Shown here one piece after another: positions 50,202 to 61,838 of a stretch of DNA of 64,000 nucleotides. The notes beneath the pieces are model-generated. The model had not been told where the DNA came from, searched no databases, and worked only from the letters and a program-made list of their open reading frames with translations. The stretch comes from a bacterium (lineage in GTDB: Bacteria; Zixibacteria; MSB-5A5; GN15; FEB-12), in NCBI GenBank assembly GCA_043811375.1, contig JBDRNJ010000074.1:1-64000 (forward strand). Reading direction: 5' to 3'. The first letter of the stretch is position 1; each line of letters starts with the position of its first letter. The position numbers were made by a program, and so were the translations under genes.

Positions 50202-51128
50202 TTATTTGCGCACCATCAGGGCCAGCAACGCCGCCAGACTCTCAATCACCACCGCCCACAACCGGGCGCCGATCGCTACCGCCGGGGCTACCGGCCCCAG
50301 AAACGGCGTCAGCATCAGTCCCAGCACTAACTCCCGCGGGCCGAACCCGCCCGGTGCAAACAGCGCCAGGTACCCGATCTGGTAGGCGGCGTTAAACACA
50401 CCAATCGCTGCTATCAGGTGCAGGGCCGGATTACCACCCACACCACGGACAAACAACCAGAACGCCAGCCCGTAGCAACTCCATGCCAGACAATAGGCAA
50501 CCAGAATACCCAGAGCAACTTTTTTATCCAGCGCCAGTTCGGCCGGCGGCCGCTTTAACTTCCGCAGAATGATATTGCCGATAGCCAGCACCCACTGCGG
50601 CCGGACCACGATTACCAGCGCCGCCGCCAGCATTACCGCTGCAATGATATACGCCGACTGATCCCCCAGGATCGCCACCTGGTCGACCAGCACTTTCGGC
50701 TCCAGTAATACCGCCGCCACAAACACCAGAAACGATGCCGGTATAGCATACAACTGCACCAGCACAAACGAGGCACCGGCTCGTTCCGGTGGAATCCCCT
50801 CTTTTTGCGCCAGATAAAGTATACCCAGCAGCGGCCAAATCTTGCCCGGAATATAGCGCCCCAAATCAGACAGGTAAAAGATACGAAACGCTTTGGTGTG
50901 CGTCAGTTCGTGCCCGAACCCCTTAATAATCCGCCGCCAGATAGTCGCCAGCAGAAAAAAGGTGGCTATTCCAACCACCACCGAAAGCGCCAGCCAGCCC
51001 CAGTGCAGTTGCCACTCATACGCCCTTATCTCCTGCCAGCGCAAAGCAACCTGCCGGTAGAGGAAATACAGAACAACTGCGGTGAGACCGATTTTGAGAA
51101 CTGAAGAGACGATCTTTTTGCTGGTCAT
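50202..51128 (-). CDS. Lysylphosphatidylglycerol synthase TM / flippase-like protein
   Basis: GRYIPGKIW, PGGFGPRE. Confidence 0.8.
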   Translation of the reverse strand: MTSKKIVSSVLKIGLTAVVLYFLYRQVALRWQEIRAYEWQLHWGWLALSVVVGIATFFLLATIWRRIIKGFGHELTHTKAFRIFYLSDLGRYIPGKIWPLLGILYLAQKEGIPPERAGASFVLVQLYAIPASFLVFVAAVLLEPKVLVDQVAILGDQSAYIIAAVMLAAALVIVVRPQWVLAIGNIILRKLKRPPAELALDKKVALGILVAYCLAWSCYGLAFWLFVRGVGGNPALHLIAAIGVFNAAYQIGYLALFAPGGFGPRELVLGLMLTPFLGPVAPAVAIGARLWAVVIESLAALLALMVRK

Positions 51129-51233
51129 GGCTGCCGATGGTCACGCCTTTCCTGAAATCAGCATCCCCGAACACTGTACAATCCAGCCAATTGCTGACAA
51201 ATATGCCGGATGATTTCCGAACACCTTACCGGT

Positions 51234-52226
51234 TCAGTCCTTCGATGGTGCGCCATCTTTCCGGCCCAGCGTTTTCTGCAGCTTCTTGCGCATGTCGCCA
51301 ATCTCCTCGCGCAGTGCCGTCAGGCCTTCGGCCATGAAGCCCATCATAAACAGCCCCATACCGATTCCCATCAGCAAAATCACCAGGTACAAAAGCGGTC
51401 GGTAACCTTCGCCGATCATGAAGCGCAGATAAACCGCCACCAGACCAATAAGCAGACCGAGCAGAAAGCAAAACAACCCGGTGCCGCCAAAAAACAGCAG
51501 CGGCTTGCGCAAGAACGTAATCTGAAACTTGACCGCCAACATATCCAGCATGCCGATAATGATCCGCTTGAGACCGTAGAACTTCGAGTCGCCCCAGGCG
51601 CGGTCGTACAATGGCACCTTCACTTCTTCAACCCGGTACCCCTCGTCGACCGCCAGCACTACCAGGTAGCGGTGCCAGTCGCGGCGCATGAAAATGGTCT
51701 CCACCACTTCCCGGCGAAAAGCCTTGACCGAGTTAAGATCGTGCACATTCAGTTTGAATATCCGGCGTGAAAGCCAGTTGTAGATACCGGAGACAAACCG
51801 CTTTTCATACTTGCCCTGTTTCCAGCCGGCACAGAGATCGGCACCGTCCAGAACCGGCTGCACCAGCGTGGGAATATCCTCGGGCAGATACTGAAGATCG
51901 GCCGGGTAGAATACAAAAATATCCCCCGCTGCTATCGCAAATCCGGTCTGCAGCGCTTCCGTCAGGCCCCGGTTGCGCTGATGAGTGGCGTACCTGACGA
52001 AATCATACTTTTGGGCGGCATCTTTGATCTTCTCTATGGTGCCGTCGGTGGAACCATCGTCGACAAAGACCAACTCCGCATCAAAGGTGGCCGTCTTCCG
52101 CATCTCGGCGTACAGGCGACACAACTCCTCGATATTCCCCGCCTCATTGAGAGCGGGAATCACGGTTGAGACCAGCACTCGGTTGTTGCCGTCGCCGGTG
52201 GGATTGTCAACTTCCGTCAGTTTCAA
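51234..52226 (-). CDS. GT2 glycosyltransferase (ArnC/GtrB-like)
   Basis: DDGSTDGT, ADLQ, two C-terminal TMs. Confidence 0.88.
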   Translation of the reverse strand: MKLTEVDNPTGDGNNRVLVSTVIPALNEAGNIEELCRLYAEMRKTATFDAELVFVDDGSTDGTIEKIKDAAQKYDFVRYATHQRNRGLTEALQTGFAIAAGDIFVFYPADLQYLPEDIPTLVQPVLDGADLCAGWKQGKYEKRFVSGIYNWLSRRIFKLNVHDLNSVKAFRREVVETIFMRRDWHRYLVVLAVDEGYRVEEVKVPLYDRAWGDSKFYGLKRIIIGMLDMLAVKFQITFLRKPLLFFGGTGLFCFLLGLLIGLVAVYLRFMIGEGYRPLLYLVILLMGIGMGLFMMGFMAEGLTALREEIGDMRKKLQKTLGRKDGAPSKD

Positions 52227-54355
52227 GGCAAGCTTTCCTCCAGTTCCCGCCGTGCCTTCTCTATCCGGCTCGGTTTGAGATTATATTCCATCGCCCGGTC
52301 ATAGTACTTCAACCCCAGCTCCTTGAGCCGAGATTCACCCGTGGCCAGAAACCAGTCTTTGTAAAACTCTGCCAGCCGCGCATTAAGATGATAATTGGTT
52401 GGTGAAAACTCAACCGCTTTTTTGAACATCGTCTCAGCTTGTTTCATATACTCCTCCCGCTGAAACTTTTCCCCCAACAGCAGATAACAGGAACTGTTTT
52501 GCGGATACTGCTCCAAAAATGCCAACGCCCGCTTCATAGCTTCTTCAGAAGCTCCGGCATTATCCAGGTCGACCGTTTCTTCATAAAGAGAGCGCCGATA
52601 ATTGTCGGCGACACTGTTGCCCGTCAGACCGACCACGCTGAAGAGACGGACCTTCTTTGACCCCACCCGATAAGTAACCCGGTGAACGGCACCGTCCATG
52701 ATCTCAGGGTAATCCTCTTTAGCCCGGATTTCATTGGCTTCATCCAAAAGCAGGTGTGTTACCGGGAACTTCATAAACAAACCCGGGTCGGGTTGCGAAA
52801 CGCCGAACATATGGATAATACAATCAAGCTCGTTAGCCAGTGTCAGGGTGGGGCCAAACGGTCCGGAGACAACCGCCCCCGGTGACAGAATCGCGCCTAA
52901 ATCGATATTGCAGTCACGAATAGTGTACGCCGCTCCCTGCCAGGCTCGATGGTATTGACGAACACCGTCAAACGGCAGAGCAATCCAGATCAACACCAGC
53001 AGCACCCGGGGCATCAGGTTCGGCAATGACCGGGCTCGGAGTCGGTACCGAGCGACACCGGCACCCACCAGCACGGTGATAGCTGCCGCGATGGACAGCA
53101 GCCAGTGCTTGTATTCCTCCCAGCAGGCTACGTCGGCATCGGCATCGAAGAGAGCCTGGCAGAACTGGTACAGCGGCACCACTACCACCGGAATCGACAG
53201 CAGGTAGAACAACAGAGGTACTTTCTCGGGCGATGACGACGGTTTCCGATACCATATCGCCGCCAGAATTGTCGCCGCGGCACCGTAGAACGGGTATATC
53301 ATCACCAACTGGTAACGCATGGGACGGTAGTTCCAGATCATCAGGGAACCATAGAACGCAACTATCATACCCCCCAGGAATATATGCCCGGCGTTCAGTG
53401 ATCCGAATCCTTCCCGCCAGGATCGAGCCCGACCGACATGGTAGAGAATCATCATGATAAAAGCCGCCCCCAACAACCCCACCACTGGCATCCGCGAAAA
53501 CAGTTGCTCCTTCTCTCCCAGCGAGACCATCTTCCACACGAAATCACCGATCGACCTGAGTCCCTCCGGTGAACCGTACAGCGACACCGCCTGTTCGCCA
53601 AAGTAGCCGGCCACCTGCTCCTTCATCGGAGCATAGGTGAAGAAATACCAGAACAGCGCTACCGTTGCCAGGCCAACAGTGAACAGGAGCGGCCCCAGCA
53701 GCGAGCGGTGGGGCTTGTCATAAAACCACCGGTAGACAAAATAACAGGCGAACGGGAACACAAATGCCATGCCGATCATCTTGCCGAAAAAGATAGCTGC
53801 TCCCAGAGACAGACCCGCCGGCAGGAACCATACCCAACGACGGCAGTAGACCACCAGCACCAACGCCAGGAAGGCATAGAAGGCCATAGCATTTTCAAGA
53901 AAGGGCAGCCGACCGTAGAATATCTGATTGTAGTTAAACGAGATTAACAACAGGTACAACAAGCCTGCTGCTCGACCGGCCACACGCCTGATAAACAGGA
54001 AGAACAGCACCAGCGCCCCGAAAGCATACAACAAACCAACCAGGTTGGATTGCCACACTCCGACACCAAGAGCCTTAAACACGACCACCGCCAGCACGGT
54101 TACCGTTGATTTGAGAAACACCGGATGCCGATGATCATCGAACGGATTGAGATCACCTTGATTAACGCACGTCCGGGCAAAAAGAGTGTATTGTGCCGGG
54201 TCAGTGTAGACATCGGTGGATATCGACAGGTCACTGGGCGGATCGGCTGCCAGCTGCTGCAGGCGAACCAGCAAAATTAGAGACAACAACACCAGGATGG
54301 TGATGATTTCCAGACGCCGGGCGCTCGACCGGTTAGTGCCGATGGAAGAATTCAC
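52223..54355 (-). CDS. GT-C (ArnT-like) membrane glycosyltransferase with C-terminal TPR
   Basis: TDP acidic loop motif, many TMs, TPR tail. Confidence 0.75.
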   Translation of the reverse strand: MNSSIGTNRSSARRLEIITILVLLSLILLVRLQQLAADPPSDLSISTDVYTDPAQYTLFARTCVNQGDLNPFDDHRHPVFLKSTVTVLAVVVFKALGVGVWQSNLVGLLYAFGALVLFFLFIRRVAGRAAGLLYLLLISFNYNQIFYGRLPFLENAMAFYAFLALVLVVYCRRWVWFLPAGLSLGAAIFFGKMIGMAFVFPFACYFVYRWFYDKPHRSLLGPLLFTVGLATVALFWYFFTYAPMKEQVAGYFGEQAVSLYGSPEGLRSIGDFVWKMVSLGEKEQLFSRMPVVGLLGAAFIMMILYHVGRARSWREGFGSLNAGHIFLGGMIVAFYGSLMIWNYRPMRYQLVMIYPFYGAAATILAAIWYRKPSSSPEKVPLLFYLLSIPVVVVPLYQFCQALFDADADVACWEEYKHWLLSIAAAITVLVGAGVARYRLRARSLPNLMPRVLLVLIWIALPFDGVRQYHRAWQGAAYTIRDCNIDLGAILSPGAVVSGPFGPTLTLANELDCIIHMFGVSQPDPGLFMKFPVTHLLLDEANEIRAKEDYPEIMDGAVHRVTYRVGSKKVRLFSVVGLTGNSVADNYRRSLYEETVDLDNAGASEEAMKRALAFLEQYPQNSSCYLLLGEKFQREEYMKQAETMFKKAVEFSPTNYHLNARLAEFYKDWFLATGESRLKELGLKYYDRAMEYNLKPSRIEKARRELEESLP

Positions 54356-55445
54356 GAATCTGGTCGCAGACGTAGGTCACCTGCGATTCTGTCAGTTCCG
54401 GATAGATCGGCAGCGAGAGAATCTCCCCCGCCAGTTTCTCGGCCACCGGGAAATCTCCCCGGCGGTAATCCAGATAGGCATATGCCGGCTGAAGGTGAAC
54501 CGGCACCGGATAGTGAATAAGGGACGGTACCCCCCGCTCCTTCAGAAATCGCTGCAACTCATCACGCCGTTCAGTCTCGATAACAAACAGGTGATACACC
54601 TGACGGCAGTCGTTGTCGACTGAGGGCAACACCACCGGGACTTCCGCCAATTGTTGACGATACCAACCGGCAACACGCCGTCGGTCTTCATTCCACCGTT
54701 GCAGGTAACCGAGCTTGACTTTCAATACGGCTCCCTGGATACCGGCCATACGGGCGTTGTAACCCACCAGTTCATGAGTGTACTTGTTCGAGGAACCGTG
54801 GTCGCGAAGCAGACGCACTATCCTGTCGATACCGGCCTCATCGGTAGTGACTGCTCCCGCCTCACCAAAGGCGCCCAGGTTCTTTGCCGGATAGAATGAA
54901 AAAGCGGTTGCCCGACCAACCGACCCGGCCCGCCGTCCCCGGTAATCCGCTCCGTGTGCCTGGGCGGCATCCTCAATAACGGTAATGTCATGCCTGTTGA
55001 CCACCCGGTCAATCGCTTCCATGTCCGCCATCCGGCCATACAGGTGAACTGGAATGACCGCTTTAGTGCGACGCGAGAGCGCCAGCGATAACAACGTCGG
55101 ATCGAGATTACGACTGTCAGGATCAACATCGACCAGTACCGGCCGGGCGCCGGCGTGTACAATAGCCGCCACGGTGGCCACAAAAGTGTTGGCGGCTGTA
55201 ACTACTTCGTCTCCGGGTCCGATATCCACCGCTTTTAGCGCCAACAGCAGTGCGTTGGTACCGTTGTTGACTCCGATACAATGTTTGGCCTGACAGAACT
55301 CGGCAAAGGCTGCCTCAAACTCACTGACCGACGGGTCCAGGCCGAAGCAGGAGTTGTCGATCACCTCCCGAATCGCGGCATCGATTTCCGATTTTATTGA
55401 TTGATATTGCGCACCAAGATCAAGGTAAGATATCTGCATCGTCAA
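54333..55445 (-). CDS. DegT/DnrJ/EryC1/StrS aminotransferase
   Basis: PVHLYG, EDAAQAHGA, SFYPAKNLG. Confidence 0.93.
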   Translation of the reverse strand: MTMQISYLDLGAQYQSIKSEIDAAIREVIDNSCFGLDPSVSEFEAAFAEFCQAKHCIGVNNGTNALLLALKAVDIGPGDEVVTAANTFVATVAAIVHAGARPVLVDVDPDSRNLDPTLLSLALSRRTKAVIPVHLYGRMADMEAIDRVVNRHDITVIEDAAQAHGADYRGRRAGSVGRATAFSFYPAKNLGAFGEAGAVTTDEAGIDRIVRLLRDHGSSNKYTHELVGYNARMAGIQGAVLKVKLGYLQRWNEDRRRVAGWYRQQLAEVPVVLPSVDNDCRQVYHLFVIETERRDELQRFLKERGVPSLIHYPVPVHLQPAYAYLDYRRGDFPVAEKLAGEILSLPIYPELTESQVTYVCDQIREFFHRH

Positions 55446-55647
55446 ATCCCAACCGGGGCAACAATATAGAGGTGAAGGTACAGGAAGTCAAGTATGAACC
55501 CGCCCGTCGAGTGGGACGAGTATTATCTTTATAAATGTGTTTATAAAGAGTGGTAGATAAAGCCCACTTGGGATTTGATATTCCTTTTTTCACGCCGCGA
55601 GTCTGGTAGGTCGCCCCCACTGTGGTTCAATCGTTCGGTCAGCTTGA

Positions 55648-55966
55648 GTAGGTCAGGACCCTTGTGGTCCTGACGCCTGGGGCGTGGACATAGTAGTCAG
55701 GAGTACAAGACTCCTGACCTACAATTACGCGCGGTCAGGAATCCTTTCCTGACCGTACCAAATATAGCCGTCACGAAAGGATTCGTGACGGCGCAAGAGA
55801 ATGAATGTTGTCCGTTGTGAAGTGCTGTCGGGCGACTCGAGGTTGTCCCACAAGTCAGCTTTGGGTGCATTTAACGTTGCATCTAATAAATCGTCACTCG
55901 GTAAACCCGCGTAGCGACGGGCTTTATGTCCGCCGTCTGTTGGCGAGAGACAAGCCCCCGCTCTAC
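55648..55966. repeat. Cluster of REP-like doublets
   Basis: GTAGGTCAGG...CCTGACCTAC (55648-55722), hairpin pair 55731-55791, GTAG...CTAC (55911-55966). Confidence 0.65.
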
Positions 55967-56046
55967 GCGCGTTAGAATAATTACCTTTTGGGACAACCTC
56001 ACTCTGCCCGACAGTTCTAACGTAATACGCGCAACCAACTTGCTCG

Positions 56047-56616
56047 CTAAACTTGCTGCGTCTCCAGCCGTACCACGGTTTTGGGCAGGTCCTCCTGACA
56101 CGGGACACCGTTGCGCTTGATAATTACCGCCGGTGTACCGGCTACCGTGCAATTGGAAGGAACGTCACGCATCACCACAAAACTGTTGGCTCCAATCATG
56201 ACATCATTGCCGATTCGGATGGGACCCAGCAGAGTAGCTCCGGTGCCGACCAGGACATTGTTGCCCAGCGTCGGATGTCGTTTACCCTGGTGCTTGCCGG
56301 TGCCGCCCAGAGTGACGTTATGAAACAGCACGCAGTTGTCGCCGATCTCGGCCGTCTCGCCGATCACCAGTCCGGCGCCATGATCTACAAAGAAACCCTT
56401 GCCGATACGGGCGCCCGGGTGAATCTCCAGTCCCGTCAAAAAGCGAACAATCTGAGACATTAACCGGGGCACAAACGGCACTCCCAGTTTGTACAGAAAA
56501 TGATTCAACCGATGGAAGAGTATCGCTTGAAAACCCGGATACAAAAGAAACTCAATATTCCTGGCCGCCGGATCGTTGCGGTAGATCGCTTTAATATCCT
56601 CGATAATATTTAACAT
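56047..56616 (-). CDS. cysE: Serine O-acetyltransferase
   Basis: DPAAR, EIHPGARIG, VIGETA, KRHPTLG. Confidence 0.95.
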   Translation of the reverse strand: MLNIIEDIKAIYRNDPAARNIEFLLYPGFQAILFHRLNHFLYKLGVPFVPRLMSQIVRFLTGLEIHPGARIGKGFFVDHGAGLVIGETAEIGDNCVLFHNVTLGGTGKHQGKRHPTLGNNVLVGTGATLLGPIRIGNDVMIGANSFVVMRDVPSNCTVAGTPAVIIKRNGVPCQEDLPKTVVRLETQQV

Positions 56617-56651
56617 AGTCTTACATATATCGGTAAATCGGCCGCCCGGTA

Positions 56652-57569
56652 TTACTGCTCTGTAAACAACGGTGTCGACAGATAACGTTCGCCGGTGTCG
56701 GGCAATATAACGACAACTACCTTGCCGGAACCGGCTTTAGAGGCCACCTGCAGCGCCGCCCAGGCGGCGGCGCCGGATGAAACTCCGACCAGTATCCCCT
56801 CCCGACGAGCCAGTTGCCGGGCCGTATTCATGGCAGCCTCATTATTGACTCTTATGATTTCATCTACAATTTCTGAGTTATACACCGCCGGTATAAAACC
56901 GGCCCCGATGCCCTGAATGGGATGAGGGCCCGGTTCCCCACCCGACAGAACCGGGGAAGCATCGGGCTCCACGGCGCATACCCGACAACCATACTTTGCC
57001 TTGAGTACCTCGCCGGCACCGCTGATAGTACCCCCGGTGCCGACACCAGCCACAAAGACATCCAGGTGCAAATCGCCCAGATCATCGATTATTTCCTGAG
57101 CTGTCGTCCGTCGATGAACATCTGGATTGGCCGGGTTGTTGAACTGGGAGGGCAGGAAACAGTCGTCCCGCCGGGAAAGTTCATCGGCTTTGGAAATGGC
57201 TCCTTTCATTCCTTCCGGTCCGGGCGTCAACACAATCTCCGCTCCAAAGTATTTGAGGATCGCCCGCCGCTCCAGGCTCATTGTTTCCGGCATAGTCAGC
57301 AAACACTTATATCCCTTGGCTGCCGCCACCATCGCCAGGGCAATCCCGGTATTGCCCGATGTCGGCTCAACTATGGTCATCCCGGGTTTCAGTCGGCCGT
57401 CCCTTTCGGCGGCTTCAATCATCGCCGCTCCGATACGATCCTTGACCGAACAGCAGGGATTAAAGCTCTCCAGCTTGGCATACACATCCGCCGAAGCGGA
57501 GTTCACCAGCCGATTGATTCGCACCAACGGCGTTCTGCCGATGGCGTCGATAATATTTTCAAACCGCAT
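56652..57569 (-). CDS. cysK: Cysteine synthase A
   Basis: [28 protein letters not shown]. Confidence 0.96.
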   Translation of the reverse strand: MRFENIIDAIGRTPLVRINRLVNSASADVYAKLESFNPCCSVKDRIGAAMIEAAERDGRLKPGMTIVEPTSGNTGIALAMVAAAKGYKCLLTMPETMSLERRAILKYFGAEIVLTPGPEGMKGAISKADELSRRDDCFLPSQFNNPANPDVHRRTTAQEIIDDLGDLHLDVFVAGVGTGGTISGAGEVLKAKYGCRVCAVEPDASPVLSGGEPGPHPIQGIGAGFIPAVYNSEIVDEIIRVNNEAAMNTARQLARREGILVGVSSGAAAWAALQVASKAGSGKVVVVILPDTGERYLSTPLFTEQ

Positions 57570-57773
57570 AATCAGTCTCCTGCTGTCGTATCCAACGATA
57601 AAATCGGTTCACCTATCCAGGCGAAACCCGTCCGGGCCGTTCCCCCCGAAGCAGAGCATCCGATCCCTGATTCCGACAAAGAAGCCAAACCCATACGCTC
57701 TACAACAGCGCTGTCCGACCCGGCCGGTCGCGTTTCAGGCCGTTCGAACAATACCGGGGTAGCTTTTGTAACC

Positions 57774-58808
57774 TTATTCGGACAGTTTTTGTTCTATCTT
57801 ACGGATTCTTTTCAGCAGATCGGGAAGTCTGGTCAGAACAGCTTCTATCCGCTTGGCGGTCATAATCTGCCTGGCCGGCGAGCCAAAAACCGTCTGGTCG
57901 GCCGCCACCGACTTGGAGACTCCCGATTGCGCCCCCACCCGGGCGCCGTCGCCGATATCGAGATGTCCCACAATACCCACCTGCCCCCCCAGCATCACCC
58001 CCCTGCCGATTCGCGTCGAACCTGATATACCCACCTGCGATACGATAATACTGTTTTCCCCGATATCGACGTTATGAGCAATCTGAACGAGATTGTCGAT
58101 CTTGGTTCCACGACCGATACGGGTCGGCCCCAGAGCACCGCGATCGATAGACGTATTGGAGCCGATCTCGACGTCATCTTCTATCTCCACCCAGCCGATC
58201 TGCTTGATTTTATACAGCCCGTCATCTGACGGCGCATACCCAAAACCATCGGAACCAATTACCGTCGACGAGTGGATTATCACCCGGTCACCAAGTTGGC
58301 AGCCATCCATAATCCTGACCCCGGGATAAATGAGACAGTCCCGGCCGATAACCGTATCACGGCCCACATATACTGAGGAAACAAGTTGCGAACCGGTGCC
58401 GATCACTGCACCTTCTCGTACATGACAGAGCGGACCGATAGCTGCACCAGTTGCCACTACCGCCCCCTCGGCCACCACTGCCGTCCCATCTACACCCGGC
58501 GGCACCTGCGGTTTCCGGGGGTACAACAAATCGACTATCTGTGCAAAAGCGAGATAAGGGTTATCATGCCGTAAAACCGGCAGACGTGAGCACGGAGTCC
58601 GGCGATCCAGCACTACGGCGGTGGCAGCCGTCGTTTCCAGGTACTTCCGATAGCGGTCATTGGCCAAAAAAGTGATCTCGCCGTTACCGGCCGTCTCGAT
58701 AGGAGCCGCCCCGACCACAACTACGGCGTGATTCCCCTCGACTTCACCCCCAACCCTGCCGGCCAGTTCCCCCAGACTGAGACCGGACTTATTCCTCGAG
58801 TTCTTCAA
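57774..58808 (-). CDS. lpxD: UDP-3-O-acyl-glucosamine N-acyltransferase
   Basis: [19 protein letters not shown], hexapeptide repeats. Confidence 0.95.
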   Translation of the reverse strand: MKNSRNKSGLSLGELAGRVGGEVEGNHAVVVVGAAPIETAGNGEITFLANDRYRKYLETTAATAVVLDRRTPCSRLPVLRHDNPYLAFAQIVDLLYPRKPQVPPGVDGTAVVAEGAVVATGAAIGPLCHVREGAVIGTGSQLVSSVYVGRDTVIGRDCLIYPGVRIMDGCQLGDRVIIHSSTVIGSDGFGYAPSDDGLYKIKQIGWVEIEDDVEIGSNTSIDRGALGPTRIGRGTKIDNLVQIAHNVDIGENSIIVSQVGISGSTRIGRGVMLGGQVGIVGHLDIGDGARVGAQSGVSKSVAADQTVFGSPARQIMTAKRIEAVLTRLPDLLKRIRKIEQKLSE

Positions 58809-59328
58809 GATAATTCAGCACCTTGTCGGTAACATCATAAGAGTCCTTGATATACCCGATCGATTGCAGCGTAAAGATAACATCGTAGTTGCCCTCGATC
58901 GCCACCCCTTCAATCGCCCTCTGAATATTATCCACCAACGGTTCGACCAGTTCGCCGTACTTGCGCTCGGCCAGCCCGTTGGGGCCGAATACCTGGCGGG
59001 TGTAAGCATCCAGCGCGTCTCTCTTGGCATTAATTGCAGCCTGACGCTCCTTCTTCTTCTCCTCGGAGAGGATCAGCTTCTGCTTATCGAACTCCTCCTG
59101 CAACTCGATGAGTTCATCCTGCTTGGTTATTGCTTCTTCGTCCCAAGCCGTCTTTTCCAGTTCCCATTGTTCCTGAGCTTTTTGCCAGACAGTGTACTCG
59201 GCAATAATTACAGAATCCTTGACGAATCCAATCTTCAGCCCCTGGGCATCGACACTACCGACCGCAATCAGCACAACCACTGCACCCAGCACCGTCGCCA
59301 ACAACCAATCCTTCTTCATTCTCTGCAT
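58789..59328 (-). CDS. skp: OmpH/Skp periplasmic chaperone
   Basis: KIGFV, coiled coil, DVTDKVL; between bamA and lpxD. Confidence 0.88.
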   Translation of the reverse strand: MQRMKKDWLLATVLGAVVVLIAVGSVDAQGLKIGFVKDSVIIAEYTVWQKAQEQWELEKTAWDEEAITKQDELIELQEEFDKQKLILSEEKKKERQAAINAKRDALDAYTRQVFGPNGLAERKYGELVEPLVDNIQRAIEGVAIEGNYDVIFTLQSIGYIKDSYDVTDKVLNYLEELEE

Positions 59329-59349
59329 TTGTCTCTCCCTATGTTTTTA

Positions 59350-61824
59350 TTATCTGAATGTCGTGCCTACCTGAAAATGTGGTTTCAGCGACCGCTTCTG
59401 ACCGTCATCTACGTTTAGCGGATAACCGAAATCAAACCCCAGGGTACCTATCCCGGGAATAGCGATCCGGAAACCAAACCCTATCCCCTGGTACAAACCT
59501 GTAATCGGCTTGATATCCCGCCGGTGCAGCCAGGAGTTGCCGGCATCATAAAACAGCAGCCCGTAGATCTGTCGTGGGACCACCGGAATTTGCAGTTCGA
59601 GGTTTGTCACCAGCATATACTTGCCGCGCACCCGCGTGGAATAGCTATTGAAGGTGGTGTCATCAGGCGGATCGATACCCACCACAGCATTGGAATCAAT
59701 GTAGTAAAACGATGTGTCGTGAAGGACCGTCGAATCCGGCGTCAGGTTGCCGTCGTCATAGCCGCGCACGACGCCGTCATAGGCCGTCCCACCGGGAGTA
59801 AAGCGGTCGGTGATCAGAATACGATTGTCACCCTCCGGAGAGGTCACCACCCCGTACTCAACTTTGGCCGCCAGAGCAATGCCCCAGATTATGGGGATAA
59901 ACTTGGCCAGCGACAGGTTGTGCCTCTGATAATGCCAGAATCCCCCCAGCACTCCCCCCGTGTGTTCGAAGGTGTAAGAAAGCAACGCCCCGGAGGTAGC
60001 AAACTCCGCCAGATCGCGCGAATCTCTCACCACCGTCAGGGACAGGCGCGATGCGGTCAGCCAGCGATCGTCATACTCCAGGATCGACCCCTGATACGGT
60101 CCATGTACCTGACTGGCCAGCAATCGATCCTGAGTCAACGGGTAGCGCCACCCTCCGTAGCTGTACCAGTAGTGAGATCTATAGGAATTGGAGCTGATAA
60201 AAGATTGATCAAAGTCAAAGAAGCGAGTCCGGGACAATTCATAGGAACCGAAGACCTGAAAGTAATTGTCGGGCCAGCGCAGACGACGTCCCAGCCTCAC
60301 CGACCCGCCCTGCCGACCTTCAGTATAATCGTCGAACCAACGACGATTGAGAGCAAAAGCGCTTACTCCCAGCAGCGTCGGCCGTCCCGCTAGCCACGGC
60401 TCGGTAAATGATACCGAAAACGAGTTGCGGCGACTGCCGAAATCAATACTGAATGACAGATTCTGGCCGTTGCCGCGGAAATTGGGGATGGCCATGCCCA
60501 CCGTACCTACCACCTTGTCCTGGCTGTTATAGCCGGCTCCCGCCGATACCTGACCGGTGGGCTTCTCCTTCACTTGAAACTCAATGTCGACATCCCCGCT
60601 GGGCAATCCTACCGGCACCGGATTGACTTCCTCAAAATAATTCAGCACCATTACATCCCGCAGTGATCGCATCAGTGACGACCGGCTGAAAATCTCACCC
60701 GGCAGTGTCTTGATCTCCCGCCGGATGACTTTCTCTTTGGTCTTGTGGTTACCCACAATTTTAATCAGCCGAATGTGTGACGGCAGCCCCTCGGTAATAC
60801 TGTAAGTAATGTCTATGATCGAATCCGACCGGGTTGTGCGCTCATCCACAATACTCATGTGAAGATAGCCTACTTCGGAGTAGGCCATATACAGCTCGTC
60901 CAGTGATTTATCATATTTAGCGGCATCAAAAACTTCACCTTCCCGGTACTTCAGTTGCCGGCGAAGAAACTCTTCCGGCAGCTTCTGGTTGGAACGAAGC
61001 TCAGTTCGACCAAAGTAGTAACGGGGGCCTTCATACGCCTCGAGGTGGATTGTCATGCGGCTACGATTAGTATCGATACTAATTGAATCCGAAATCAGGT
61101 AGGCATCTACAAACCCCCGGTGGTGGTACTCGGCGATGATCTTCTCAAGGTCCTCCTCGTACTTGTCCTGTGCGAAATCGGAACTCTTGAGAAAACCCCT
61201 CTTGCGGTTACGCATTTTCCCGATAAGGTCATCGGGTTTAACTCGCGAGTTGCCCGCAAGAATCACCTGGTCAACTTTTACCTTCGATTTCTCGGAAATA
61301 TCATACCTGAGAATCGCTTCCGTGGAGTCACTGTTGTATTCGAGAGCCGCGGTTACTTCCGCCTGAAAGTATCCCTCTTCAGCGTACATAGCCTGGATAT
61401 CGTTGGCCTTCTGCTGCATCAGGTAAGGCGAGATATAACCACCCACACCCAGATTCAGCTTCTCCCTCAGCTTCTTGGACTTGATCTTCCTGTTGCCCCC
61501 AAACTCCAGACCGCTTAACTTGGGCAATTCCTTAACAACGATGTAGACCTTCAGCCCTCCCCCGATTGTTTCCACTTCGATCCACACATCCGAGAAAATG
61601 CCCAAACCATAGAGCCGACGAATAGTCTCTGCCACCATGGTGGGGCTCAGAACCGTGCCTTCTTCCAGTGATGACACGCTGGAAATCAGAGAATTACTGG
61701 CAACACGGTTGCCTTCAATCTCAACACCGACGACACGGAAACCTTCCTGAGCGGCACCGGATCCGGCCAGTCCCGCCGAGGCCAGTACCACCAGAAGAGC
61801 TATCCCTGCTCTCAGGCCTGACAT
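59350..61824 (-). CDS. bamA: Outer membrane protein assembly factor BamA
   Basis: POTRA repeats (GNxxTKEKVIRRE), VRGY motif, barrel C-terminus. Confidence 0.95.
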   Translation of the reverse strand: MSGLRAGIALLVVLASAGLAGSGAAQEGFRVVGVEIEGNRVASNSLISSVSSLEEGTVLSPTMVAETIRRLYGLGIFSDVWIEVETIGGGLKVYIVVKELPKLSGLEFGGNRKIKSKKLREKLNLGVGGYISPYLMQQKANDIQAMYAEEGYFQAEVTAALEYNSDSTEAILRYDISEKSKVKVDQVILAGNSRVKPDDLIGKMRNRKRGFLKSSDFAQDKYEEDLEKIIAEYHHRGFVDAYLISDSISIDTNRSRMTIHLEAYEGPRYYFGRTELRSNQKLPEEFLRRQLKYREGEVFDAAKYDKSLDELYMAYSEVGYLHMSIVDERTTRSDSIIDITYSITEGLPSHIRLIKIVGNHKTKEKVIRREIKTLPGEIFSRSSLMRSLRDVMVLNYFEEVNPVPVGLPSGDVDIEFQVKEKPTGQVSAGAGYNSQDKVVGTVGMAIPNFRGNGQNLSFSIDFGSRRNSFSVSFTEPWLAGRPTLLGVSAFALNRRWFDDYTEGRQGGSVRLGRRLRWPDNYFQVFGSYELSRTRFFDFDQSFISSNSYRSHYWYSYGGWRYPLTQDRLLASQVHGPYQGSILEYDDRWLTASRLSLTVVRDSRDLAEFATSGALLSYTFEHTGGVLGGFWHYQRHNLSLAKFIPIIWGIALAAKVEYGVVTSPEGDNRILITDRFTPGGTAYDGVVRGYDDGNLTPDSTVLHDTSFYYIDSNAVVGIDPPDDTTFNSYSTRVRGKYMLVTNLELQIPVVPRQIYGLLFYDAGNSWLHRRDIKPITGLYQGIGFGFRIAIPGIGTLGFDFGYPLNVDDGQKRSLKPHFQVGTTFR

Positions 61825-61838
61825 AACCTACGCCACAG

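Noticed and set aside
56922..60393. Long antisense ORFs (e.g. 56922-58025, 59524-60393; also 25227-26234)
   Set aside because: Shadow frames of well-supported genes with no motifs of their own
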